Origin: Paragordius varius
Taxonomy: Eukaryota > Animalia > Nematomorpha
Assembly (NCBI GenBank): GCA_964247055.1
Contig: OZ176050.1
Span: 8,990,001 to 9,054,000 of the forward strand
Direction of reading: 5' to 3'
DNA: 64,000 nt
This document shows positions 1-14,143 of the stretch, piece by piece. The number at the start of each line of letters is the position of its first letter. Position 1 is the stretch's first letter. The notes under the pieces were generated by a model, which searched no databases, was not told the DNA's origin, and saw only the letters and a program-made list of their open reading frames with translations. The position numbers and the translations under genes are program-made.

Positions 1-280
1 TTTTTAGCCTTAAACAATTTAAAACACTAATCATGGTGTTTTAACACCTGTTTTATATAATATAGGTTAAAACCCTGGTTGACTTTTTAGTTCTAAGACT
101 TTTTAACATGGGTTACTTTTTTCATATTTATAAAACAGCAGGGATCTGATTTTACTTTTTCGTTTTAAAACCTTATTGATAATATAAAAATCATAGAGCT
201 CATCTAATATAAATAACATTAGAAAACATTTCAAGATAAATTTTGTAAATGATTGTATCGTCCATTATAAAATTAATTAC

Positions 281-3200
281 TTTTAATATGTTCATTGTAC
301 TGCGATACGATAAGGATCAATAAATCATCGGGTGTTATTTTTCCTTCACACATACGTTTCCAATCGTTAATATAATTCTTCAAAATGAAATCTAAATAAA
401 TTTGCGTTAATAAGCACATTTTTATAACTAATAGGACGTTTGTTCTAAATTAAACTAAAGACAAATAAATAAATACCTTTGGAATCGTCCATCGCTATAC
501 CGTTAAAAAATGCCATGATGAATGTTTCAAAATCTATGGCCTGAGTAGCTTTAAAGATTTTGGAGTTTGTTCGATTTTTGACACTTTTCCTATTTATCTG
601 TGCGGTTATTTTATTTGCAATCTTAGAATCTGATTGTTTAAATGTGTGAGATAATGACCAAATCTTTTTGTTACTGATCAAATCGTTAAAATTTTTGAAA
701 CAATGAATGTGTTTACAAGAAGAATCCAAACATTTTCCTTGTAAAGCGTAAGGACACAAAAATTTATCATGATTTATAGTTCTTTTGGAATCAAGTGTGG
801 TGTCATGTTTCTCATCACAAGATAAAAAACGGTATAAGGCCACAGATATGGGCAAACCATATTTTGAGCGGTAAAATGGAGATAATCTAATATAAAAGTA
901 ATTTAATTATATTTGCTTTCATATATTTTATATAACATAAAGTTACAATTTACCTGTATTGATGGAAAACAGCCAAAGGATAATCATAATAAAATGGTTT
1001 AAGGCGAGATTTAACATGGTTTATGATAGAATTTGAGTGATTGTATTTAATAGGTTTGGTTTTCGAGGGCGGTATATCACAAAAATCGGTATTAAGATTA
1101 CAACATTGAGCATATTGAGGTATGGAGTATTGTGGTATAATTTCTTTTCTATTAATTGCATTCGGTAAATTGATTTTCTCTGAATCAAGTTTTTTTTGAT
1201 TCAAATCATATACATCCCTTGCAGTATCTTCCTTACAAATAATATCCGTAAAACTAATATAATCAACAGGTTTGAGTCTTATAATGAATGGCAATATTGG
1301 TGTTGAAACTTTGGCCTGAAAAAATGAAAAAATATATAAAGGGTTTTAATAAGATTTGGGTTAAAAATAATTAAATTACTTTTGGTTGATGTTTATTTGT
1401 TGTTGCGCCTTCATTTTTCTCATTATATTCAACGGGTTGTATAGGGTTTAATTTTTTGACTTTTTTATGGGGTAAGGGTACAACCTTTTTTACAATGTTA
1501 GGTTTTTCAATTTTATTGTCCTTGGAAACAGGTATTGACGCATTATTTAGTTTAAGTGGACTTTTAAGCATGTCTTTTGATTTTTCTAGTGTTGTTGTTA
1601 ATACCTTAGTTGTTAGTACAAGATTGGTTAGATTGGAATTACAAGTTTTAATCAAACCATTGGGCAATATATTTTTAGTTATGGTTATAGCTTCAGATTT
1701 TGGAATTGGTAACGGATTTGGTTGAGAATTATTCGGGGCGATTGGAGTTTTTTGATGTGCTGTATGCATCCGTTTAGCAAGGAGAATCGTTTGAAGTAAT
1801 TTGATTTCCTTTTCTTTTTGCGTGCCATACTCCTTATCAAGGACACATATCTGTACAATGTTAAAATAAAAATGGTGTTAGAAATCGTATTCTTAACAAA
1901 TTTTTTTTAAAAAACCAAAAAATTTCTAAATTTTTTATTTTCAAAAAATTGGTAAAATATTTAAAGAATAAGTCTACCATCGGACATAAAAAATAAAAAA
2001 CATTACAAAATACCTTATTTTGCAAAATGTCAATATTGTTTTTGGATGCTGCTATTTTCCGTTGAAGCAGTGTAATTTGTCGCTCATATTTTTGTAAATT
2101 GTTTTCCTCAGTTTTAACTTTGTCCTTAAACCTTTGAACATTATCACGATTCCGGGTACAAATATTTCTACAATAAATCGAATAAAAATATGGTTTAAAA
2201 TACGCAATAAGAAATGATTTTTATAAAGATAACCATATTAGGCTTGATTTTGCCATATATTCTATAAAGTAAGAAAATTATAATATATAAAATTAAGTTT
2301 TACGAATCTCAATTTTATAATATTTCCATATAGGTAAATCAAGTGTCAAAAAATATAATTTTCCTTATTAAAAAAATATATTAGTGTTTTTCATATGTTT
2401 TGTCATTACAATTTAAATTTTAATATATTTTTTATATTATAGGATTATATTATTAATAAAGAAAGAAAAATTTAAATGCAATTGTATTAGTTAAATCATG
2501 CGACACCTGCATTCGACCAGCATCGATTGAGCCCTGGCTTTACATAAGGAGGCAGATTCAATAACTTTGCGACGTTTGGCAGATATGTAATCAGGAGTGC
2601 GTAAAATAGGATTTACCTATTAAATAATATATATAATAAAAATTTAGAAGCAAAACTTTTTGAAAAAAGTTAAATAAATTACCGGTTTATGCGTTTTGAG
2701 TTGGGTTTTCGATTCACTTTCGCTTTCCGATGATGAATCTTGGGCAAGTCGAATAATGAAAGGTTCATGTTTACGCTTTATAGATTATTTTTTTTAAGTA
2801 TCGATATTATATTGGGGATTTATTAAAACAAACTTTGCAATTTTAATCCATTATTATCCAAATAATAAATAATGTAATTTTATAAAAACAATAACCAAAT
2901 AGTTTTACTAATATTTTACCTTAATGGCCTGAAATTTTTTCATCATTTCCATTTTGTCCTCTTTAGGAAGAGTGGGAAAGGATTTCGTTAATCGATCAAT
3001 GTTAAATGCATGATTATTGGTGTAACAAGATTTTGTATGTGCCATTGAGGAAGGTAAAGTAGTTTGTTTTGGCAATTTTACTGTTGTTTCTTTGTATGCA
3101 TTAGATTTAAGTGAAACTATAGCTGATGGTTTATATGTGGGAATATATCTATTATCCGATAAGGCATACATATCTTCAAATGATTTGGCATTGCAATGAT

Positions 3201-5974
3201 GTGAAATAGGAGCAGATATAGTAATCGCATCCGTCACATCATGAGTAACCAAAGCGTCATTTTTATTATTTAGCTGCGAATAATTAATATTGATTGGTAA
3301 AAGTAATGGGGTTTTTTCTTTCTCATATTGGACACCCGTATTAGTTTCGATTACATTTGAGTAAGAATATTGCATTGCATTTTTCTTGCTTTGAGTGTCA
3401 GATTCGGAGAAAACATCGTTGTTAATTTCAATATTTGCCTCTGAAAATATTGAATTTATCAATGTGTTATTCCGAATTTGACATTCGTCTTTTTTGTCCC
3501 CATAATTAACATAGGTTATCGAGTCAGGTTTTAGTGTTAAATCGGTAGGTGGATCCAAAAAATTCCCATGTGTTTCGTCAACGTTTGATTGTTTAGCATG
3601 CAATATAAAAATATCATTTTCATGATCTGACACCGCCACATAATCCATGTCCGCAAAATCAGTTGATGAAATGGGTGAAATAATTTGTTGTAGGCTTACA
3701 TTATAAATATGTCCATTTTCTAATTGTTCAGTTCCCTGATTTACATGTTGAAGATGTAAATGTTCCGTTTGGGTTCCATATTTATCGCTTAATTTTTTTG
3801 AATCTATATCTTTTGGGGATGCAGGAATATCTGGGGGCGGTGGAACAACCATGTAATATTCGTTGTCGCCGCGATCAGGTGTCGGTGGTAACGGAGGGGG
3901 TAAAGGAATTTCGGATAATCGAAAGGAATTTTTTGCGCTTTTTTTATTTTCTTTGATATTGGACGTTTGACTTACCAATATATCCGTAATATTTGCATCA
4001 TCTCTTTTGGGACTAGGTGCTACTAAATCAATGATTATTAAATCGGGAGATGAAGAGCCATTGTCAGTATGCTTTTTCTGGTTTTTTGTTATTTTATTTT
4101 TAGACTTTGGACTAGTAGATTTTCGTTTACTTACACGTGTTTCTTTACTGTGTACCTTTACCACATCTTGTCGCTCATCGTATTTTATCAAATAATCTAA
4201 GAGACTATCTGATTTCTTTGACTCTATTGCTGGTAACATTTCATCATTGAAATACTTGCCTAAAACTTGTGATTTCTTAACAGGAGAACTGACTTTTTTC
4301 ATCTCCTTTGAAAACTTTAACGATATCTTTTTATCGGGATCCGACGGTTGAATATTTGGTAATTGTTGAGGAATTGTTTTAGGAACATTATGAGGTGCTT
4401 CTGTACATTCGCCTTCCAACTCGTTATTATCGATTGTAACAGTGCCATTACTATTTGACCCAAAAAATTCGTTATAAATTTTTGTGGTATATTGGTAATC
4501 TAAATCAGTGAAATTGCATTCGTTCCGAAAAAAATCATAAATAAGAGTTATGGTATCATTTTTGTTTAATGGGTTAGTTGGAGTCTGAGTAATTTTCTGT
4601 GATATCCTCCCAGTTTCAACGGCTAAATTTCTTTGATCAATGTCATGGCCTATGAATTCAATGGGTGGTGAGTATGCGGGCCGATCATAATCATGCACGT
4701 AATTTGCATTTTCTAAAAATAAAAATAATTTAACGTTCAGTGCTTTATATGTTGTATGAATAATACATTTAAAAAAAACCGATTCTATTATTAGAACATA
4801 TAAATTAAACCATATTCAAAAATGATTAAAGCAAATTAAATATTATTTTTACGAAAAAGTAAACCTTATAACAACAGCCTATAATCAATTTATATCCGGC
4901 TACAAAATTGGTTTAAAAAAACAATATCCACTTAAATATCATGTAATATTAATCGTTTATAAATGTTTAATATATTTTGTAAAATTAACAATGAGAGGCT
5001 TTTTTAAATCAATGTTAATCAATTTTTTATTTCAAATTAAAAACCGTTTTAATCTCCTGAAAAAAACTCCAGTACTAAACTATATTGATTCAAAAATGCA
5101 TTTCTTGTGTTTGATAGCATAATATATTTAAAAATAAATATTCTGTTAGAATAATATCGCTTGATTAATATGATTTTTTTAGGTTAAATATTAGAACCAA
5201 AATTAAACAATTCATTGATTACAAGTTTTTAAGCATAAGTGTATAGTTAATTTTCAATCATGATTAAAAATATGAAAATAGCCAAATAATATTATAAATG
5301 AAATAATTAAAAAAATTTAAATGGCAAAGAACATTATTTAAATATAAGGACAAGGTTAGGATTGAACTAAATGGCTATTTGTTACTAATCATATTAATTA
5401 TAGTTTTGCTAAAAAAACTTAAATAATTCAAAACGATGCATGTTAAAATACAAGCAATTCAATCTTTCACACCATACCACAACATATTAATTCAATAACA
5501 AATGTAAAATATCGCTCTAATATAAAAATATTAAAATCACAAATTAGTTCTAAAAAAACCAAAATTTTTCCCCAAATATAAAATATTTGGGTGTAAATTC
5601 TCTTAGGACCTAAACGTATAATCTAAACATACGGTGCTTGTGACTAATATTTGGCAAGGGGCGATCAAAACAATATAAAAACTTAAATGATAGAAAGCTT
5701 GCCATATCAATATCCTAATTATAAATTGTAAAGCGAAGACAATAAAAACTATTACTTTTAAGATTAATAGCAGCAGATTCCAAAGCAATTTTTCTTAATT
5801 CAAGTTCATTGATATCTTCATCTAAATCCTTAATATTAGATGTAAATATACTTCATCATTTTGGTCTTCAGAATTCAAATCCACCTTATCTAATTCACTT
5901 TTTAGATATTGGTATTCTAAAAGCAGCTCATCGTAACTTGGCGAATCCATCAGATGTGCTACTATTTCATTCAT
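281..5974 (-). CDS. ZFC3H1/Red1-like C3H1 zinc-finger protein, multi-exon, 3' end runs off the window
   Basis: Exons join in phase: 5974-5852, a 23-nt intron (5829-5851), an exon with DLDEDINELELRKIALES, then the large ORFs 4698-2908, 1769-1371, 1294-950 and 855-445. The motif LCPYALQGKCLDSSCKHIH resembles the ZFC3H1/Red1 C3H1 finger. A further exon lies at about 385-281. Orthology is inferred from the motif only. Confidence 0.6.
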
Positions 5975-6029
5975 GCATGTTGCTACTTGATGCGATTTTT
6001 TGGGGTTAGTTTGATCAAAATTTTTACAC
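5975..6029. promoter_or_regulatory. Putative bidirectional promoter between the ZFC3H1-like gene and CREB
   Basis: 55 nt between divergent ATGs (5974 on -, 6030 on +). The minus-strand start codon is inferred. Confidence 0.5.
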
Positions 6030-9000
6030 ATGAATATAACAAACATAGAAGATTATAAAGAAATTCTTAATCCTAAAAATAACTTATTACGTAGACCTTC
6101 TTATAAGTATGCCTCAATATAATTATTTAGAAAAATATTAAGTGATTTATCGGCATCTTCAGTACACTTCATAAATACCGTTAATGAAGACGTTACCGAT
6201 GAGGATTTTATCGAAAATAATTATTTCTCAAAGTCAAAGCGTAAAAGCTTATCTACCCCATCATTAGCCTCTTTCTTTGGCACACATGATTACGATTATT
6301 CCATTGATTTTAACAACCACTATGTCCAAGAACCATCAAATAAATTAACATTAATTAATCAACCATCGGTGATTCATGCATCTAAATCTTCTAATGATCT
6401 CACAAATAATTCCACCAATAGTCATCTTATTGACCAAAATTCTATGGCTCCAAGTCATATTGCTGATTCCTTATACAACAAAACTTTGGAGAATCCTATG
6501 CCCGCAGCTCTACAATTACAAAATCAATTGTATGAACAATATCAATCCCAACGCATCAAAAAACCCTCTCTTACAAAATCTCAAACACCACCCATTTTAT
6601 CTTGCAGAGCTAATAATAATCTATCCGGATTGCCTTTGTTAACAGACAATTTGTCTTCTTTTAAAGCGGCTTATGAAAAGTTAATTGGACAGTCTAGCAC
6701 TTCATTGTCTCCTACGCTTAGATTAAATAAGCATACTTTCCCTAACGCTAATTTACCTTTCCAATTTTCACATGATGAAGATTATGAAATCCAACGTGAC
6801 AAATATCAATCTAGCAAACGACCCTCTATCATCGCAACCGTTTCAAAAGGTTCGAATTCCGAAAATAATTTATCCTCTTATTCTAATACTATATCATTAA
6901 TTCATGGACAACCCATAACTGTTTCAAAAAATGGTGTTGCCAACAAGAAAAAAATCGCCACAATACCCCACCGAAATGCATCAAATAATGAAGGTAACTT
7001 TCCTACATCGATAATACTAATTTAAATATCTTATTTTATAACAATATATTTTAGGGTGTTTTATTGACTTGGAGATGATGATATAATAATAAGACGAAAT
7101 CGCATCTAAATTTTAGTAGCTCCCATAATTTTGAGACAAATAACTATTTAAAATTAATAATTATTAAAAATTTGATGCGAAATTTATGACGCATGTATTT
7201 TTTAGAGGTATAACTAAATATTTAGCCGCAAAGTTTGAGATGACGATTTATTGCTTTCATTGTTTAAAAATAATTATTTGAATGATACGGTATAAAATGA
7301 TTGCATATTTATCGGCATCATAAATATTTTAGAAGAAGAATAACTCTGCGACTACGGTCGTTAACTACCTTTTAAGGGGATAAAGTTTCAATAATTACTT
7401 TAACTCTAACAATCAATAATAAATTAAATAAATTTCATTTTATTAAATCGTAATTGTAATAATGATTCTTATGCACCCATATCGTTTTTATGCGCCACAA
7501 TTGAAAAATATTTGACTTTGCTAATAAAAGTGTGATTTAAATGATCTAATATACACGTCGGTCATATTAAAGTGTGATTGAACGACGGAAATCGAAATCG
7601 GAATACATTGTTCAATATATAAAATTATACCTTGTTATGCCAGAATTCAGTTTTTCTCCATACATATCATCATCCATAAATTATAACAATGTTAATAATT
7701 TTAACAGCACCTCACTTATTTCAATAGAGGATTTGAATGATTCAATGCCGAGCTATAAATCTTTATTAAGCCCAATTATTAGTTTAGATAACAACTTTTG
7801 CCGTAAGATCAATCCATATATTATAAATTTTTCACAATCGAGATAATGTACGTAAAAATAAAAATAATACAGTCGAGCATCCTAAATTTTCGAAAAAATT
7901 GTATGCATATCGTATTATTTGCTGATAATTATTACGTAAATTGATTACATAAAATCTGTTTTTTACCCTACAATATTATAATACATACATTGCTTAAACA
8001 TACACGTTTGGTTATCTTTATTGTAATGGACTGACGTCATTACACATGATAATATTTCAATGTTACCTGTTAAGTAAAAAAATAAAATAGTAATTAAAGC
8101 ATACACTTTTATTTTTAAGGTAATTCTTAATAACTTGTATGTTTTTTGCAATAATAAGTTGTTATTAATTTATAATAATATCGACCCCATTATTAAGTGG
8201 GTCAATCCAACTATGACGTATATTGATTTATTTGGTTAAAATCTTTTGAAAGCGCTTGTTACAGATGATACTCAAAAAGGGATAAAGTTAAATTATTTTT
8301 TTGCTACACCATATAAAAAAGGTAAGGCATGATGAAACCAAGTTATCATTGCTCTACCTAGAATTCTAATTATTTTCTTACGTCATATTTTTTTCCAAAA
8401 ATTTAAATTCGAAGATGAAATAATATTTGTATATGTCAGTGCTTGAAGTATTTATGTACATATATATGTAAATATGATATCTAAGGAGTTAATTTTCGCA
8501 TAAAGGCTTCGCTATGGTACGTTAATACAGAAAATATTCTCTAATAATCATTTATTGACCTCTCTTAAACTAAGATATATTACGTATAAAGATATCATAC
8601 GTTAAACGTTTTTTTTCAACAAATACACTTTTATACTTATGGCATTGATTCAATAAATTTATGCTTAGACGCAGACGATCTTCATTCTGTAAATTCCGAA
8701 AAATTCCCTACCCCATTTATCGTTCAACCCAAAGCATTTGAGTTATCATCCAATTTGAATAATAGTGCAATAATTACAAATACGAATTACTCCTCGGCTA
8801 TCAACCACAATAACAACAGCAGCAATCAAAAAGGCTTAAATTTAAGTCATATAGAAGGATCAACTGCATCAAATAATAATAATGAATCTTACTTGGGATT
8901 GGCGAACTTTACCACATCCCTACCTAATTCCAATTACAATGGTAATATGTTATGTTTATAAAGATGACTATTATTGGTCATTTCAGTATTATTTTGGCTA

Positions 9001-12000
9001 CAAAGGGTTTTACATTCTGCCTGTGTGTTAGCATTTATGATATTTTACAGCTAATTAGATTACAGGGATGTTTGCCATATTTTTATGTTAGAAATAAATA
9101 ATCACATTTCAAGCAAAAATTTACGATGTTTAGAAGATATATCATTCGAAATTAGGATAAAAATAATCAAAGCAGCCGCTAAGATATTTGTGTTGGACAC
9201 CCTTGATTTATCACATATGTGATTGCAAGTGTATTTTTTCTTTATTTTAATTTATTAAAAAAAAATAAAAAATCTCATACAGCTGATGTGTAAATTAAAC
9301 ACTCCTTTAACCAATCAAAATACTGATATGACTAATAATAGTCATCGTTACTGTATTCATAATTCTGTTCAAATTTTTGTAATTTAAAGCCCTCATTTAT
9401 TACATTTCTATAGTTACTGATTAAAATGATTTTATCTATTTTTTTATTCTATTTTTTGAATGGCTTTCCGTTTTTAATGTTTCTTCGTTTATTTTGTGCT
9501 ATTATATTTAGAAGATTTAACAACTACGCAACCTTTTCATCTTTTACATGATTATAAAGTAGAATGTCTAATTTTATTTTTATTATGAATCAAAAAGAGG
9601 AACTTGGCCATAAATTGTGATAAATTTCTCTATTTTTTAAATCTGGTATTTAGTTCATTTTAGAATTTTCACCTGTTTATGAAGATATACTTTTTTAAAG
9701 ATAAGAAGTTAAATTAATTTAAGATTTTTGCTTAAGATTGGAACTATGCCTTTTTAATATAATGAACCGGTTTTAAAGTGCATGAAAACATAGTTATATG
9801 CCTTTTTAACAAAAATCATCATGATAGTAAAAATAATTTTTTTACAGATCCTACTTTACATAACACAATGTCAGATTCCTTTTACCCTCCTCAGACTTCT
9901 AATGCTCAAAACACCGATCAAAGACTTTATCTTTTAAATCCCACCAATCCACATCATGCTTTATCGAGTAATAGTGTCCCAAATCTTTTACAACAACAGC
10001 AAACTCATTCTTTTAATCATAATATAGTTGACAACAATAATGACACAAAAAACAGCACTGGGAATCAAACTGAAAACAATGCTACAAATTTATCCATGGG
10101 CATTTTTCAATCGGTTTATCCACAAACTGGTAAAGACGGTAGTAATCTAAATAATAATTTGTTTAATAACCCGGGGCCTGATGCAATAACCCCGGGTTTT
10201 CCAGCCGTCTATCAAAATATTTTAGGGGCATCTCCGGCCTCTCTTGAATACATAAACAGTTTGAAAGATAGCGATCAGCGACTCCCACTAAAATTGAATG
10301 ACGAATTTCACCATTTTCTTCGATTACATCGCAATTATCTACAAGCTCAAAATGCGAATCAAACAAACGCTATCAAGGGACCGATTAAAACAGAACAAGG
10401 AAATGATCAATTGCCTTTAGGCCTATTTTCTTCAAACGAACTAAAGAATCATCCAGGTTTCCCTCATTTATTATCACAAAGTTATGATGGTAATAACATC
10501 ATCAATATGACGGGAAGTAATCCCTTTTATTTGTCCAACATTGTTTCAACATCATTACATTCCCAACATCCACAAAAACAAGTACAAACGGGATTAAACA
10601 ACAATAATGCTAACCTTGGCTCCTTTATTCAACACCAAAATTTAAATTTTAATGCTAATGCCAATCTTGATATTATGCACGGGGCTAAGAAAGTTTCTGT
10701 TCCTTCAAACATGTCATCGATCTCACAATTAACATCGAGCAATTTTATGCCTAATGCTTTAATGCGTTCGAGTCCTTTATCCTTTAATCTTAACAACAAT
10801 ACTGCAAATAACCTTAATCGAAGCATGAATAATATGTCGAACAATTCAAGTAATACAAGTATCGATAGTAGTACCACGACGGCTGATAAAAAACCTAACC
10901 CTGATTTTATGATGGATGACTCGATGACAAAAGGTGCGACTTTTTTTGTTTTTTTAGCGTTTTTTGTTAATTTTATAATTGTTGTGTCCATTTTATGTGT
11001 TATTTTATAGGGTTTGGCAAATATTGTGCGGCCGCGAATTTTTTATTATTCGTAAAAAAGTCTTATTTTTTTGAAATGTTTTCAAATAATGGCAACAGAT
11101 TAGGAGAAATCGGTGAAATAAATCGTTTTTATATTGTATTAGTAATTGTTTGCAGTTTTATATTAATGCACATTTTTGAATGCGGCTTGTCGGGCTTCTG
11201 TCGAACGTTCGGCCCGCAAAGCGATTTGTATTGGGCACCCCTGTTTTACAGCCACATTTATTATCATGACACACGGCCACACAAAAGAATTTGCAGAGTA
11301 ATATAATTAGAAGTAATTATCATTTTTCGGCATAAAATGCACAAAATTTGGTTGTCAAACATATCTGATCAAAAATAATTTTCGTTAAAAACTATACAAT
11401 AGTGTAAAACGTTTTTAACTTGTTTATTCAATTGCTGCATATAAAAATCAAATATTTATATTTAATTATGCCTGAAAACGAAAACGGGCCTTTTTAACAA
11501 TGCGCTATGCAGAAGTCATTCTTTACCAAAGTATTATCCCGTATGGGAAAAGATGGTTTTACTGTGAATGTAATATTTTTAAATATTGGCTTGGCTATTT
11601 TTCATTGTGTGTTTTTTATTTGATCGCCACAGATACCAACAATTTATCAAATCAAAATGCTCATCAAACTAGTACCCATCCATTCATGCAAACACAGCAG
11701 CAAACCTACTTATATCCTGGCTCATCATCATCACAAACACATATTGTGGAGGAAGCCGCACGGAAACGAGAAGTCCGATTATTAAAAAATCGGTATTTTC
11801 TATAAATTTACTATTTTATAGATGCTAATATCTTTGGTTAATATTTTATTTAGTTTGGAGGGTATTTAGCCAAAAAGTCTTTCTTACATGGGTAATAATT
11901 TGAATTCGGTTTTGTTTTTGTTTAATTTTTAGACTACACATAAGAACAGTGAAGTTTATACCAAAATTAAGTGAATTTTTACATATGCATAATATAGTGA

Positions 12001-13369
12001 CGATACATTGAATATTTGTTTGTGCGAAAAATCATAAGTGTATGCTTTTTTGCAATGGTTAAAATAAAATTTTTTTTCTGTCAATCTATCCATATTTTAT
12101 TCCTACATTATCCTAAATATATTTTTTTATTGTTGAAATTATCCTTTAATTTTCTGTGGCCAACAAGTTCTGCTATTTTTTTGTCAATCAAATTAATAAA
12201 GTTTATGTTCCGCTTTTCATAACTTTATCATAGTAACTGATTGGACGAAAAAAAGCATAGTTAAATTACTACTTTTAGGAAGACATTTATATTTATTTAA
12301 CGATATGATCTCACAACTGTCTACGTATTTCATTATTTGTTTAACGCAATACGCTTCTCCAGGGAAACAAATATTTGATTTATTTCGTCTCACAATTTAA
12401 AACAGATATCCTCTTAGATTACGTAACACACTGCACAAGGCTTTTGCAATTTGCTTAAAAAAATATAAATTCATTAAAAAGGATTGTGACATAATGTACA
12501 TCATATTTGTTTAAAATTTTTTATTTTTAAATATATTCTGGATTCGATTATATGGGGTTAATTACCAATTAATTTTTGTTTTTTGAAGAGTTCAAATTTA
12601 TTATTTTTTTTGAATATAACATCGTAATAATTTTGATAATTTAAAGTTTTTTATGGTAAAGTGATCTGCATTTTACCTGTATATAATTATGAGTATGCGT
12701 GAAAGGTTTGAAAATTGCAAAATATTATGAAGCTATTTTTCGCAAAATTCTCTTTAGATTATTAACTGCCATCCTGGTTATTATTGATTTGTAGTAAAGG
12801 TTTTAAAATAATAAAGCATTTTATCGCTTTTTATACGTTTAGATTTTCTATATGATTTTCATTACATTGACATAAAATTTATATTTAACATTACTTAATT
12901 ATTAAATTTTAACTAATTTGAAAATCTTATTACATATTACATCAGGAAATTATACCGATATTACCTTATATTTACACTAGAGTCATTATGAAAATCGTTA
13001 AATTATTAATATATATTGAATACTAAATAATTGCTAATATTGTTTTCAACGCTAGAGTTTTAACAGCAATCAATTAACACATTTTGTAACACCTTATATT
13101 TTTGTATGAAGTTATTATATTGGATGATGTAAAATTCTGTAATTTCGGTAATTTACAGTTGTATATGTATTAATCCTATCGCTTTTAAAGCTAATTACTC
13201 ATTTTATTATTATTATAAATATAGAGAAGCTGCCAAAGAATGCCGACGTAAGAAAAAAGAGTATGTCAAATGCCTTGAAAATCGGGTCACCGTTTTGGAG
13301 AATCAAAACAAAGCTTTGATAGAAGAGTTGAAAGCTCTTAAAGAATTGTATTGTCAAAAACAGGAATAA
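6030..13369 (+). CDS. CREB: CREB/CREM/ATF1-family bZIP transcription factor with KID domain, about 867-920 aa
   Basis: Exons: 6030-6106, 6131-6993, optional 7644-7802, 8669-8941, 9848-10933, 11633-11792, 13225-13369; all GT-AG and phase-compatible. The KID core LLRRPSYKKILSDLS is split by a 24-nt intron. The bZIP reads EEAARKREVRLLKNR/EAAKECRRKKKEYVKCLENRVTVLENQNKALIEELKALKELYC. Confidence 0.9.
8032..8385. promoter_or_regulatory. Intronic CRE cluster in the CREB gene
   Basis: Perfect TGACGTCA at 8032-8039, TGACGTAT at 8214-8221 and TTACGTCA at 8378-8385. Nearby are TTACGTAA (7932-7939) and TGACGC (7187). Confidence 0.55.
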
Positions 13370-14143
13370 ATATATTAAAAATGAATATTTCAATTTTATA
13401 CCCAATAATTTTAAATGTTATTAACATATTTATTATAATCACTGACTTCTTTTCTCCCAAATATTATATTTATAACTTAAAAATTAATTGTGTCAGAATA
13501 TGCAATTTTTAAAAAAATTTCTATATTTTTTAATTAATTATACGTTGAAATCAAAATCGCATATATTTTTTCCATTTCGTGATAATTATTTTTGATGATA
13601 TTCATTTTTACATCATAATTTTACTTTTCCCCATACTCCATGTTGCCTAATAATTATATTTTAATCAAATATAATTACCAAAATGTTTTCTAAGTCATAC
13701 CCATTTAAAAATCGATACTATACTTTGTGTATGTATTAATATAGTAAATATAAATTTTATATGTACATGTTTGTTGATTTTTAATATTAATGCAATTCCC
13801 CATATATAAAACCGATTAAGTGACTCTGAATAGCCTCTTAATAGGTTATTAAGATTACGATTCTTTATTCCTTTTATTTTTGGGATATGTCATGATTAGA
13901 TCAAGTTGCATAACGCTGAAGTGGTATTCTAAGTTTTTACACCTATTCTAAATCTTGTTATTCATTTTCTCAATTGATGGTGTGTTAGGAAGTAATAGCT
14001 TGTGAATCGGTATAATACTAGAAGGGTGTGTAGTTGAATAAATATAGGCATGAGGATGTAAAGGATATAAAATGCACAAATAAAGGCTTGTGAGATGATT
14101 GAAAGGTTTTTAATGCTTATTGCTTTGGACCATATTTTTTTAA

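Noticed and set aside
6029-6032. Overlapping start codons of two divergent genes in the palindrome CATG
   Set aside because: The minus-strand ORF is open through this point, but the extra 19 codons look non-coding and would require fully overlapping 5' UTRs. ATG 5974 is the simpler start; this is not formally excluded.
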